A stretch of DNA of 64,000 bases from Felis catus (Eukaryota), in NCBI RefSeq assembly GCF_018350175.1, contig NC_058368.1, forward strand, positions 178,934,001 through 178,998,000. Direction: 5' to 3'. Position numbers and translations under genes: made by a program. The notes beneath the pieces are model-generated. The model did no database searches. It was not told where the DNA came from and saw only the letters and a program-made list of their open reading frames with translations. Positions 41,781-57,092 of this stretch are shown in pieces. The stretch's first letter is position 1. Every line of letters begins with the position of its first letter.

Positions 41781-42154
41781 TGTGATAAGTTTTTCTTAGA
41801 GCTGAAGTCTCTAGTGATGAAATTATGTACTTCCCAGCACTTAAGTAATGATAATGACATGTCTCATTGGGTTTCTCTTTTTGCTATGGCTTACTAGGAA
41901 GCTCACACTAAAGTTATGCTTGAATTTTCTCCTCTTTCCTTGTTTTATTTTTGGCCTCTTATTTCCTTTCAATTACTATTGCTTTCAGTTTTACTGTATC
42001 TACTTTTTATGTAAACTATCTCATACATACACTTCTGTTTTATCAATCAATTCTCCCGCCCACTATGTGCAGCAGCTTTTTTGGTTCTCACACTTTGATA
42101 ATAATGATGATGATGATGATGCCAATAGTAATGATATTAGTAATGATAAAAGAA

Positions 42155-42400
42155 GCCAACGTTTATTAAGTGCCTGTGGCCTGGCACTTTTCTGAATGCT
42201 TTAAAAGTGTGATTTCATTGAAACCTTATGGTCATCCTATGAAGTAATATTTATCAGCCACATATTATAGATGGGGAAACCGAAGCATAGAGAGGTTAAG
42301 TAAATTTACCCTACGTTATAGATTCAGAAAATAGCAGAGCCAGTTTGAAACCTAGACAGTCCATCTTCAAAATGTATTTCCTTGTCCAGTGTGCAACACT
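42155..42400 (-). mobile_element. MIR
   Basis: acgtttattaagtgcc...attatagatggggaaaccgaagcatagagaggttaagtaa. Confidence 0.75.
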
Positions 42401-43117
42401 AACTACATTATCAGGCCACTTCAGGCCACTGCATATCAACTCTAGGCCCAGAAGATTTTGGATCTCATCCTAGGGAGTACTGATGAGGGCTTTGAGGCAT
42501 TGCTCACCATTGCCCCCAGCAACAGTGATTGCTGGCTCCTTCACTGTCTCATGCTCTGGGTACTCCTTCCAATCCTGTGCCCCTGTCCAGCAAGCCAGAC
42601 TCAAACACAGGACTGGGATACAGAGAGGCAGCCCCAGGCATGGGCCCAGCTGGGATCATGGAGGGTGGCCAGGCCCTGGCTTGAGAACCATATCATTTGT
42701 ATAAAGGTCCATGTCCAGGCAAGACAAGGGCGAGGTGGGACAATCAGGGAATGATACACAGGCCAAAAAATAGGAATGAAGGAAGATAGAAAGCCAAGAG
42801 GTCCTCTGGCTGATCCTTACTATACCTATTATGTGCCAGATACTTAATTACATAAGCCAGTTATTCTCATTCTGAAAGAAGGAAACTGAGCTCACAGAGA
42901 TTAGGTGACTTGTTCTAGGTCATTCAGCAGTATAGGTATAAGCATGGAAATAACTCTTCGTAGGAAAAAAGTCTCACCATATTAGTGTAAGTATTTCATT
43001 CTAGGAAATGGGAAGTCCCCCTACTCCTAGAGGCTGTGGTTAGAGTTGGGGATGTGGAGGGAAGGCAATACCCCCAGTGGCTAGAGTCTGAGGAATGCAT
43101 GGGGGCACTGGGGGAGA

Positions 43118-43328
43118 TCCAGCATGAGAGGAGGCTGCTTCTCTCCAGGCTAGGTGGCGGTGGGGCAGGGGGTGAGAAGACTTGGCTGAGTGCACCTGGA
43201 TAAGAGTGAGGAGCCCCTAAACCTTCAAGAAAGGGGTGCATGCACCCAGCTCAGTGCTTTCTCCATTTTCTACCCTGGAGGATGAGAAAGGGGCTGGGCT
43301 GCTGCCAAAAGGTGATGCCTGGCTCTCT
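43118..43328 (+). repeat. Local dispersed duplication, copy 2
   Basis: Matches 41553-41780 and lacks 16 nt between two ctgggctg repeats. Confidence 0.95.
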
Positions 43329-43943
43329 GTCCATATATCCTTACCCTTGCAAGGAAGGGAGGGAAAGAAAAGGGAAAGAAAGGAAGAGAAGGAAAGAAGG
43401 AGGAGGAGAGAAGATATTTAAACATGAGCTTCTATGCTTTTGTGAGGTATATCATAGGAAATCTTTGTTCTTAGGCAAACACCGTGGGCCTGTCAAGTGA
43501 AAGGGAATGAAAGGTGTCCTCACTGGCCTGTGATTTGTATGGGAGGCAGATGGGGCTTCACAACTAGCACTGGCAGGGAGCATATAAGAGAGCCAGAAAA
43601 GGACACTGGCTTCAGCAATAGTCTGAGATCCCTGTAATAAAGGACCAGGAAGGAGTCAGAAGGAAATGGACCACAAAAAGCCACAGAAAACTTCTTGGTT
43701 CCTTGGGGGACAAACAAACAAACAAACAAACAGCTTCACAAAGAACAACAACAAAATGAGAGGAGACATTTAAAGCATTTTCTCTGAAACTTCATTTTTA
43801 TTAATTCTACCCTTAACATTACTGGAGATTTGCCACAACCTCCAGCGAGGACTTTCACCTCCTAGAATTTTGTGCTATCTCTATGTGACCTGAAGCCCAA
43901 TGCATAATGGTAGTCATGATAAAAATAAGAACAGTGGTGTCCA

Positions 43944-44009
43944 CTTGTTGGGATGAGCACTGGGTATTGCATGTAAGCCAATTCGACAATAAGTTATATT
44001 TTAAAAAAG
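43944..44009 (+). mobile_element. Extremely 5'-truncated feline L1 (66 bp)
   Basis: cttgttgggatgagcactgggtattgcatgtaagccaattcgacaataagttatatt = L1 3' terminus; perfect 16-bp TSD agaacagtggtgtcca (43928-43943 / 44010-44025). Confidence 0.9.
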
Positions 44010-45689
44010 AGAACAGTGGTGTCCATTGTTTATTGAGTGCCAACTATGTGCCACACATGATACTGGCTGGACACACCATTTGGTCATCTCAGAAATGAAG
44101 GGTGGGCTCTTTAATAGCTCTGGAGTCCTCTGTTTCTGCAACTGCTGGCTGCCACTGAGCTCGCAGTTTATCTGTGATTAGATCAGACCATAAAGTAACC
44201 CCCCCTTCCCTTCTCCTTGTTAAAATTCTGCAGTGTGGGCAGGGATCCAGAAATGGAAAAGCCTTCATTGCAGTTGCCTGCCAATGTGTTGCAGTGCCAC
44301 AGTGGATGGAGCACTGCAGAGTCCAGGGCTTGACAACTGTCCGTGGTAGGTGTGTGGTGTGTGTGTCTGTCAGGGGGTGGGGGTCCCTTGCAAGCTCAGG
44401 CTATAGGCTCTTCTGCTGGCTCCCACCCAAGGCACCTCTGGTAGACACTCAATTTCTTCCAGGCCCCAGGGAAGCTCCCTGATCTAATAAAGATTTGAGG
44501 TCCTTGGGTTCTGCCAGACCACACTCATCTTGGGCAAATCCTTCTTCTGCCTCTCACAATTTCCTCATCTTCAAAATGGAAGTGATAATGCCTGGTCTTG
44601 GCAGGAATTATTTTGAGGCCAAAATTGGCTGGTAAATCTGAAAACACTTTGAAAACATTAACATTGCTAGTAAAAAGTGGAGGGGTCACTGGAGCCATTC
44701 TTATTTTAGTGTAAGTACACTCATGTTAATCAACCAAATATGTTGGACTGGTTTACACAGAAACATAAATCTCTTTGGAATGGGAAGACTTTTCCAATTT
44801 ATTCCTAACAGCTGTAGATAATCTATAGGATGAAGTTACCAAGTGTAACTTAGACTAAATAACAGCGGAACAGAGTTCCCAGGTGCCACAAAACCAAAGA
44901 AGGTGGTACTAATTGGGGAGGCGTTTCCTGCCTGCTTCTACTGCCACTGGATCCCACTCCCATGCTAAAACAGGAAGTGCCGATGTCTCAACATTGGAAA
45001 AGAACCTAGAAATGACCCAAGCCAACTCTACCCTATGAATGAGTCTGTTTATACGAATGCAAATCACTGGTCTATTTGTTGGCTTTTCTGGACTTGAGCT
45101 GATGGAGAAGGGGGTGAGACATAACCACTGAACCTTGCACCCCTCACTCCCATCTAACACATAGAGTTATTTGTCTAATGATAAATCCAAAAGGGTCCAG
45201 ATTCTTCCATATGTCTGAGGAGGCAGGTTTCCCAGTGTCTGGTCCCAAGAAGAGTAAATAAAATTATTTAAAGGTAAAAGACTACAACCTAAAAAGTGGC
45301 AAGAAAATGTTCCCAGTGATGCAGAGAAAAGAACTGCAGTGAGAGATATCAGAAAAACCTTCTGGAAATGCTGACTAAAATACAGAGGTATATTGGGCTA
45401 TTGCTCTTTCCTCTATAAGAAAAAGCTGGACAAAATGGCCATAACTTGCATCTGATGGTAGTAAAACTTTTACCCTAGAGAAGGTAGGCTGGAGGTGACC
45501 TTTCAGAAGTAGCAGCAGAAGGATCCAGTGCCTCTAGCCAGGAGGACATGTGGACCAAACAACTATCCTCGTAAGGGCAGGTACCCTAAGGTTTTTAGGA
45601 GAGGCAATTCCAAGAGATACGGAGTTCCCACCCTTAACACTGAACAGCCAAATGAATGAGTCACTGACCCACGAGAACTTATTAAAGAT

Positions 45690-45932
45690 GCAGGAGAGAA
45701 GAAGGCAAGAGAAAGGGATAATGAGGAAGAGAAGAAAAGGAGAAAGGGACAAGGATAAGGAAGGAGAAATGTGATGCAGAAGGGGGCAAGAAAGGTGGCA
45801 GGGCAAAGAGGATTGGGGGAGAAGATGGGGAGAGAAATCAGGAGAGAAGGACAAGAGTAAACAAAAGAGGAGACACAGGGAAGGCAGGAGAAGGGAATAA
45901 AAGGAGAGAGGAGAAGGAACAGAGGGGAAAGG
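45690..45932 (+). repeat. Purine-rich low-complexity tract
   Basis: About 240 nt of mostly G/A on the + strand. Confidence 0.85.
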
Positions 45933-46829
45933 TTTCTGCTGGATTTGTAACATTTTCTTTTGAAACTAGGCTGTGTTTTTTTTGTTTATGTTCATTACAC
46001 TCTCCTCCATGCTGTTTTGCATGCCTGAAACATTTTCTAATTTTTTTAAAAAAGGAATAGCAGGGAGAAGAAAGAGACTAAGAATGAAGAGGACGTAGAG
46101 GGAGATGGCAAGACTATCTTCCCAGCTTTCTTTGACAAATGTAATCAGAGGGTTGGGGTTTGGAACCAAATAATAGCATTGGTGGCTTCCTCATCCATGT
46201 GAAAGGTCTTTGGGAGCATGAAGCTGGTTTTGTCCACTAGGTCCAGTTCCAAGTAAGGCACCTGAACCTGAGCCAGATGGAAGTCATGATCCTTCCACCA
46301 TCCTGACTGCTGCATTAGAGAACAGAGTTCCAGAATGGCATCCAGTTCCACTTCTGCCTTCAACTTAGTATGTCACCTGAACAGCTCAACACATGTTCCC
46401 TGAGCTCCTGCTCTGTGTCAGGAGTCATAGTGGGGGCTAGGATACAAACCCTTTCTTTTTGAAGAGTTTATGGGTAGAGGAGAACTTCTCAGAGCCTCAG
46501 TTTCCCCATCTGCAGAATGAAGGAGTTTGACTCAGTGGTTTTCAACTTGGGCTTGTTTGGAGCCCTAGGATTCCAGGGTGTGGCTCAGAGTGACTTGGGG
46601 TGCACTGCATCCCCCCTTTTCTAGAACTTTATTCTTTATTTTAAAACTTTCTAGCTTTATTCTGTTTCAGATATTGGGATTGGACTTAAGCTTGAATTCA
46701 GAAATATTATTTCACTTCCAAAGAAGATATGAAAGCCATTGAATGAGATACTCCCCAAGGTCTAAAGTTTTAAAGCTCTCTGTTCTGTTTCTAACGTTGT
46801 ATGAGTCCTTAAGGACTCTAATGATAAGA

Positions 46830-47450
46830 ATTCATTTGGTCATTCACTCAATAAGTGCTTATTGAGGTTCTCAATAAATTGGGACAATCAACAAATAAAT
46901 AAACAATCTAATAAAACAGGGTAGTGGCCACAGAAGACACGGAGGATGGAGAAGAGATTAGGGACGGCCTCTTGGGACATTCTTGGAGCTGAGGCTACAT
47001 CAGTGCGAGTTCAGCCTTGGAAAGATCTGGGAGAAGGGCAATCTAGACAAAATGAACAGCCAGTGCAAAGACCAGATGACAGAAATGAATCCAGCATGTC
47101 CAGGACTGGAGGATCCAGGTCATAGACAGCAAAGGTGAAAGTGGTATGACATAAGATGGAATGAGGAACATAGGCGAGGCAAGATGCTGTAGGTTCTTGC
47201 AGATTTTGTAAAGAGTTGGGACCTTACTTTAAATTCAGTAAGATATCTTTGGGGAGTTTCAAAGAGAGCTCTGATGTGATCTGATTAAACTTTATAAAGA
47301 TCACTCTGGCTGCTGTGTGGTGGATGGATGGTAAAGGGGGCAAAATGGAGACCTTTCTTTGTTGGTATGGATGATAGATGGTGGAGACACGAGAATAAGT
47401 AGTAGAAATTGTGAGAAAAGGTCAAACGTGGCACATTGAAAAATGAGAAA
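46830..47450 (-). mobile_element. L2 fragment
   Basis: cattcactcaataagtgcttattgag...gaacagccagtgcaaagacc...tataaagatcactctggctgctgtgtgg. Confidence 0.75.
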
Positions 47451-48379
47451 AAGATTTCGTGATCACTACATATCTAATACCTTTCTAGACTCCAAATATA
47501 TGAGTTCTGATCTTAACCTCACCTTTTGCTGTCTAATTTTGCCCAAGTACACCTATGCTTAGTAATTCCAGAAGGCAAAAATAAAGCCAATTCCCTTTAA
47601 CTTCTTGACCATTTGTGGGAAAGTATAGATTCAAATAGGCCCCAAAATGTACCAACTCTCTGTTCCTTATTGAGAAGGCTGTTGGGGCAGTTCTCAATTG
47701 GAAAGACAAAGACTTGGGCCACAAACATTAATTCTTTAATTTCAGATAGGTATGCAGTAATGCACACCAACAGATCTGACCAAGCAGTTAACTGAATGTA
47801 AATGGAAGGGAATCTAAACTTTGATGTGAAGAACCACAAGATCTAGTGGTAAGTGATCAATAATTATTTTTGAAGTGTCTCTCAAAAAACTCAGCACTAT
47901 GCCTCATACTTTGAAGAATATAAAAGGAATATGAGACATATTCCTTCCTTTTACGTATGTATCCTTCATCTGGCAGAAAATGACCAATGCATAAAATAGA
48001 CATCTGGCAGTCCAAATGGAGTGGGGGGTAGTAGGGTGGGGACTGGTGCTCTCCACCGGATCCAAGCTGGCATCAAGGGAGCTTGGGTTCCAGCTCCACC
48101 TCTGTGTCTTAGGACAAGTAATTATTCTGGAAGTGATTCCTCTTCTTTAAAACAGAGGTGATGTTTCCCAACCTTCCTAGTAGGGATTACATGGAATTTG
48201 AAAATGCTTTGTAAGTGGTAAAGTATGGTATAAATAGTAAGGGTTATTATTACTGACTCTAAGTACAGAAGGAGAAGGGAGATGGCAATGTATCAGCAAA
48301 TAGAGCCTTTTCTGAAAAACAAAAATCTAATCAAGCCTCCCTTGCTCAAAACCCATCAGTGACTCCCCATTACCTAAAG

Positions 48380-48562
48380 CAGGAGGTGGCAAACCTCAGG
48401 CCAAATCTGCTCCATTGCCTATTTTATAAATTAAGTTTTACTGGAATACAGTCACAGCCACGTCTGTGACTGCTTTCCTGCCATAACAGAAGAGTTAAAC
48501 AGGTGCAACAGAGATCGTATGGCTAGGAAAGCTGAAAGTATTTACTATCTGACCCTTTAGAG

Positions 48563-48612
<50 letters not shown>

Positions 48613-48624
48613 TGCTGACTCCTG
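48380..48624. mobile_element. MER58A hAT MITE with internal (GA)n expansion
   Basis: caggaggtggcaaac ... ctgctgactcctg; 8-bp TSD-like acctaaag / gcctagag. Confidence 0.85.
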
Positions 48625-50389
48625 GCCTAGAGGATAAAGTCCAACCCTATTTAAAATGTAAAGTCTCCTGGTACTTGAAGCAAGATTTGAATATATAAAA
48701 TGAACCAAATACCTTCCTCCAAGTCATCCCCAACTCTGTACAACATTTTGTACCACTTCCAAGAGATTCATTCCATATGAGGAGGCATTATCAGCTACCT
48801 CCTTAGTGCTACAATGGGGATCAAGAATTACTCTTTTTTGTAAACTCCACAATGTTTATCACAGTGCCCAAGTTATAATGTGTTCTCAATAAAGCTTAAC
48901 CAAATTCAATCTGAGTCGTAAATATAGCAAATATAGTACACTGAAGGACAAACATTTCATTTGCCCCAGAGACCTACTGTTGATACATCATTGATAATAT
49001 ATCATTAAAAGCAAAAGCAATTGGGAAGTGAATTAATTAATTTTCTCTTAATTAATTAGTTGCACAAGTATTTATTCCATGACAACTATTCCATGCCATA
49101 GAAGCTAAGGCAAATTAGGTAATATGGATTATATTCATTGCTTTGACAAGAAGTAAACACCAGTTCTGTGTCAAGCTGGAGGTAAGGGCCAGGGGTTGAA
49201 AGTGACTATGACCACCTTCTGTTTTCAAGGAGCCTGTAGTCTAATTGAGGAGGCTGAAGGTCAGCAGATAATCATGGCACAGGGAGACAAGTGTAATGCC
49301 AAAGTGGTAGAGAAAGCATGGAGATGCAGGGAAATGGACAAGATTCCTGGGAATGCTGTATTGTACATTTCCTCCTCTATATTTACCTACAGTTTATTCC
49401 CCCAAGGAAAAGTAAGTGAGCCAAGGCCCACTCACCAGTATCCCATGGTCTCCAGTTGAAAGCTATCTGATGAGCTCACATTGACTGTGTTATTTAATAT
49501 AGATAATCTTATTCAATCCTCACAACAACTCTGATTTTATGAAGGCCAAGTCACTTGTTCCAGGTCAACAGTCAGGAAATGGAAGATTATACTCCCAGTC
49601 AATCATCATCTAAAGCCTAGGCACTTAATCCTTTACTGTATAGCCTAATTACATGTCAGAGAAGAAGACTAGGAGTCTATTTTAGAGAAAGGTTTCTAAC
49701 CTACAGATATTGTACTAAATGTTTCTATTCCTACTAAATGGACACTTATTTCATGAGGACTATCAAAAGTGGACCAAAGGCATGGCTGGAACATAAATAG
49801 TCAGTGTGTGTTCAATAAGTCAATAATCAAGGGAGGAAGGAATAAAGTGTTGCAGAGATCAGCAATAACTCCCAGTCACTGGGCGTGCAACAGACTACTG
49901 CAATATCTCTGGGGAACCATTCTGAACTCTGGACAAGATATTAATTAAGCCCTAAATACCAAGGCTAGGGAACTCCCTATCAATTAGTGGCCAGCTAGGA
50001 GCCTGTGAAGACCTGAGGCCTACAGAGGGTGATTCCTTTTAACCAGGTGTACTCACCAGAACATCTGTGCAAAGGTCATGATGGGAATTGGGAGCACAAG
50101 AATTGAATATAAACAAGCAATTTTTTTAAAGTGGAAATTTTTATATTTACTAAGCTTCCTAGGTTATGTCTAGGACACAACAGTTTCCACATTAACTTAA
50201 TTATTCAAATTGTCATTTTCAACTTTTCATTCCAAATGTAGTATAAAACCAATAAATATATGGAAAAATGCCCAATCTTAAATTCCATAATGTGAATAAT
50301 GATATATAATTCTTTCCCATTTTATTGGCAGGGATTGGCAAACTATGCCCTTAAAAAAAATCATCAGACTGACCGAACACAGTGACAAA

Positions 50390-50995
50390 GAGACTCTGGT
50401 AAAAGTGCTTTTCATGCAGTAAGGGTGGAATTGCATAGTAGAACTTTCTGGAAGGAAAAGGGGTAATATCAATAAAATGTAAAATCTATGAGTACTTAGA
50501 CCCACTAATTCTTGTTCTAAGGAAATCATGTTCCAAGATTCACATACTTAAAAAATTTTATTTACAGCATTAATAAAACCGACTATTTAGAAACAACCTA
50601 AATATTCACACACACAAAAATACTATTTAAATAGATCATAGTATAACCAGACAATAGGACAACAGAGTCCTATTAGCCTACCTAAAAGAATGGTGTGAAT
50701 CTATATGCTTTAATGTGGAACTTCCTCCATGCTGTTTGGTTAAAAAAAAAAAAAAAAGGCTTCCTGTAAACCTGCAAGTGTGTGCAGTATGCATGCAATG
50801 AATGTGCAGATGGTACCAGCAAGATGCATAGAATGAACTTTACCAAATCAGCGATGCCTAGTGGCTCTTTCTGGATGGTGAGATTTTAGGTGATTTTTTG
50901 TCCTTCCTTTTTTTTTTTTTTTTGATTATATACATTATTTGAAGTTTTACAATGAACATGTAATACCTTTAAAAATGGAAAACCAACTGTTTTTA
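50390..50995 (+). mobile_element. Old L1M (L1ME-like) 3' fragment
   Basis: tagacccactaattcttgttctaaggaaat...tagaaacaacctaaatattca...ttttacaatgaacatgtaatac. Confidence 0.65.
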
Positions 50996-51044
50996 AATAT
51001 CAAAAGAAAGGGTACATAAATTTCCTGTAGAAAAAGCAGGGCTA

Positions 51045-51318
51045 GGGACACCTGGGTGGCTCAGTTGGTTAAGCCTCTGACTCTTATTTTCTGCTCAGGT
51101 CATGATTTCACATTTTGTGGGTTCAAGCTCTGTGGATGTGGGCTCTGCACTGATAGCTGTGGAGCCTGCTTGGGATTATCTCTCTCCTTCTCTCTCTGCC
51201 TCTCCCCTCTCCCCCAATTGCTCTCTATCTCTCTCTCAAATAAATAAACACTAAGAAAAGAAAAGAAAAGAAAAGAAAAGAAAAGAAAAGAAAAGAAAAG
51301 AAAAGAAAAGAAAAGAAA
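51045..51318 (+). mobile_element. Can-SINE with (AAAAG)n tail
   Basis: Perfect 16-bp TSD agaaaaagcagggcta (51029-51044 / 51319-51334). Confidence 0.93.
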
Positions 51319-51439
51319 AGAAAAAGCAGGGCTAAACTAGAATAATGGCTGACTTTTAGAAGGAAAATATAGAGGAAAATGAAACCTGTCTGACAGCCTT
51401 ACACAAGAAGCTTAGTCCTTCCCCAGTCCTGGAGAAGGC

Positions 51440-51690
51440 AGGAAGGACCAGTGGTTAGGAGCCTGTGTTTCAGGATCAGTCCTTGGGTTCAAATGTCAGT
51501 TCCATCATTTACCAGGTGAGCGACATAGCAAATCACTTAACCTCATGTGCATCAGTGTCCTCATTTATAAAATTAGGGACAGATAGCATTTGCCTCTAAG
51601 ATTGTTGTGAGGATTAAGGACTACAGTAAACGAAAAACACTTATACAATGCCTGTCACATAGTCAATGTTCACTAAACATTAGCTCTTAT
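51440..51690 (+). mobile_element. MIR
   Basis: cagtggttaggagc...gggttcaaat...cacttaacctc...ttgttgtgaggattaa. Confidence 0.75.
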
Positions 51691-52025
51691 GAAAACCAGC
51701 TTCAGCCAATTGTAGCCTAAGTGAGTTAAGTTACCCAGAATGAAGAGCTAATGAATAGTTAAGGAGAGGAAATAGACAGTGGACAATTAGGCAAAGAAAT
51801 CCACAAAAGTAGACATACAAATATCTAGACTCCGCAGCACAAACATTAAGGGTATGGGCTGTGCAGTTTCAGGCAGGTGACAACCTCACAAGTCTTAATT
51901 GCTCATTCTGCAGAATGGGGATCACATACAGAAGGCCATTTTAAGGATTAAATGTCAAGTGCTAACATAGTGCTTGGCTATAATAAGTTTTTAATACATA
52001 TTTGCTATGATTAATAATTATTATT

Positions 52026-52229
52026 GGGACATATGGGTGGCTCAGTCGGTTAAACGTCAAGGTTCAGCTCAGGTCATGATCTCGAAGTTCATGAGTTTAA
52101 GCCCCACAGTGGGCTCTGTGTTGACAGGTCGGAGCCTGGAGCCTGCTTTGAGTTCTGTGTCTCCCTTTCTCTCCACCCATTCCCTGCTCTGTCTCTCTCT
52201 CTCAAAAATAAACAAACATTAAAAAAAAT
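52026..52229 (+). mobile_element. Can-SINE
   Basis: gggacatatgggtggctcagtcggttaaacg...ctcaaaaataaacaaacatt(A)n. Confidence 0.9.
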
Positions 52230-53753
52230 GTAATAATTATGATCAACTAGGAGATTAAATGGTGAGCTCCCTGTCATTATAGGTAACCAGGCAGGCTTAC
52301 TTGCTGCATGCAAGGATGACGCAGAGAGGACTTAGTCATGGAATAAAGGGATGGACTACTGAATTTTTCCAGACCTAAAAATTCTGCAGTCATTGAAACA
52401 TGAAACTGATTACAAAAGTGGAGTTGTTTGGGACTGTCATACTGAGTGAGGTGGGAACCCATCACCAGCAGGGCTATCTTCCCAGAGAGTAGCGTGGTGT
52501 TGCAGCTCCCAGAAGCCAGCCCTGCTTTTCAGGTAGGCAAGGTAAGTGTGAGGTAATTCCCCCAAACACTGTCCATTCTCTGTCCCAAGAGTGGTTCCAC
52601 CTGCTCTGAAAAAGCTGTGGATAGTGGTTCTGGCACTCACAACAAGGAAACCTGGCTGCAGATGAAGAGGACAGTATTCATAGCAACAGCTAACCCATAC
52701 TGACTGCTTACTGTAGGCCTAGCTTTGTCCTGAGAGATTTGCATAAATGTCTCATTGACTTCTCTCATCAAACTCCTGCATCTGTGTCTATGCTGTGAGC
52801 ATCACCTGCATTGTAACAGATGAAAAAAAAAAAAAAAAATGAGGCTCAGACAGGATAAGTATTACCCCAAACCCTTTAGCCAGGAAGGGACAGGGGTTTT
52901 AACTCAGGTCTAAGGTATATTCAGAATGTGAAGAGTCATTGTAGGGCCTCAGGCCAACTCATTAGCATTACAGATGGATCCTATTCCCTTTCAGATCTGC
53001 CACTCAATGGCTCCAGCCCCACAGGCTTAGTTGGTCTTTCTCAAGGTAGTTGGGAGCCTGGAAAGCCAAAGTTGCCATGGGCATTATCTAATAATTCCTG
53101 ACTGGACACCACAGACAGAATACTCAATCAAAGATACCCAAATACTTAGCACTTTTATTTTCCTTTAAAATCCTTTAGTCAACCCAGGCAACATTCAAAT
53201 TTGTCTCATCCCAGTGCTGTGGGATCCACTGGACTTAGAGAAAACAGATTTTCTTTGCCATGGCCAGGCCAGGGGACAGCTCCCTGCACCTCTCCAGACC
53301 TGCACAGGCCTTCAAACTCTGTTCTCAAATCACAGATATAACCTGCCTTACAGACCAGGAAGACCCCAAGGGGGAAACTTCAAAACCTCATGGGTAAGAG
53401 CACAGGCCTTGGAATCGTGAACTCCTGGGCTCACATCTCAGCTCCTTCACTGAGCACTTACCCTCTCTGAACCTCAGTTTCCTCCTCAGTCCAACAGGGG
53501 TTCCAACACTTATAGATTTGTTTTAAGGATTAAGTGAGATGATGCAATATTGGAGAGGCAATGGAGTGTAGAGGTGATGAGCACAGACTAAGTTCAGACG
53601 CTGCTATCATTAGCTGTGTGTCCTTGGGCAAGTTACTTAAACTTTCTGAGCCTCAGCTTCAGCTGTAAAATGGGGAAAATGAGAGTATCCACCTCTCTGG
53701 GGTAGGGAATTGAAAAGTTATATCTTGTAAAGTGTTTAAAACAGCACCTGGTA

Positions 53754-53958
53754 GGGACGCCTGGGTGGCTCAGTCGGTTAAGTGTCTGACTTCGGCTCAG
53801 GTCATGATCTCACAGTTCATGGGTTCAAGCCCTGTGTCAGGCTCTGTGCTGACAGCTCAGAGCTTGGAGTCTGCTTCAAATTCTGCGCCTCCCTCTCTCT
53901 CTGACTGTCCCCTGCTTGCATTCCGTCTCTCAAAAATAAATAAACATTAAAAAAAAAA
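53754..53958 (+). mobile_element. Can-SINE inserted in a MIR (53550-54010)
   Basis: gggacgcctgggtggctcagtcggttaagtgtctgac; TSD acagcacctggta / acagcatctggca. Confidence 0.92.
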
Positions 53959-54864
53959 CCCACACAGCATCTGGCATATTAGTAAGCACTTAGTAAATGC
54001 TAGCTATTATGATTAATACATGCAAAGACCTCGGTATGGTAAAAGTAAGTGTTCAATAAATGGTAAATGTTTTTACTACAAAGTACACCTTCCATGGATA
54101 ATTTTATGCACATTTATCTTCTGGAAAGCAATTGAAAAATGAAGACATTAGGGGAAAATCTTGTCCTTAAGTAAATGTTATAGTCAAAGCAGAGAAAACT
54201 CAGCACCCTGTTGCACTGGCAGGATGCCCTAGGACCTCCGTACTATGCCCAGGCCTCCTTTGCTTCCAGGGGATCCTTTACTTAGCCATTCACTCTTTCA
54301 ACAAATGCTCATTATACACCCAAAGTGAGCCTCGAAGCAGGCTGGAAATATCCAAGCAGTTAAAAAAAAAAAAAAAAAAAAAAAAAGGCTCCATCCCCAG
54401 CCATCCTGGAGTCTACAGGTTAGTGAGGAAGACATACCTAAATACATGCAGACACAAATGGTTCTTTCAGGACAGCTGCAGTTTGTGTTGTGAAGGATGT
54501 GCTGAGAAGGTATAATGGGTCTTGCTGTGGTCTAGCACTGAAGGTGCATATGAGGGAGGAGTCCTTGGAAAGGCTCCCAGAGGAAGTGGCACGTAAGCTG
54601 GGACTGCAAAGATGAATAGGAGCTGGCTGACGGGTGCCTGGGAGTGAGTGGGAGGAGGAAATGGTCCAGGCAGACAGGCATTTTGTTCCCAGGCTTTGTG
54701 GCCACAAGGTGGTTGCCGCACCAGGGGACTGGAAAGAGGGGCGGTGCGGCTGACTTACTCCTAGAGCACCCACTCAAAAGCACTAGGCGAGGATGCTGGG
54801 ATTGGGCGAGAAACCCAGGTCTGAACTTCATTCTCAGTTACAACTATTCTCTCTTCCCTTTCAG

Positions 54865-57092
<2,228 letters not shown>

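Noticed and set aside
45534..45953. 139-aa Leu/Ser/Pro-rich minus-strand ORF
   Set aside because: Product of the purine-rich low-complexity tract.
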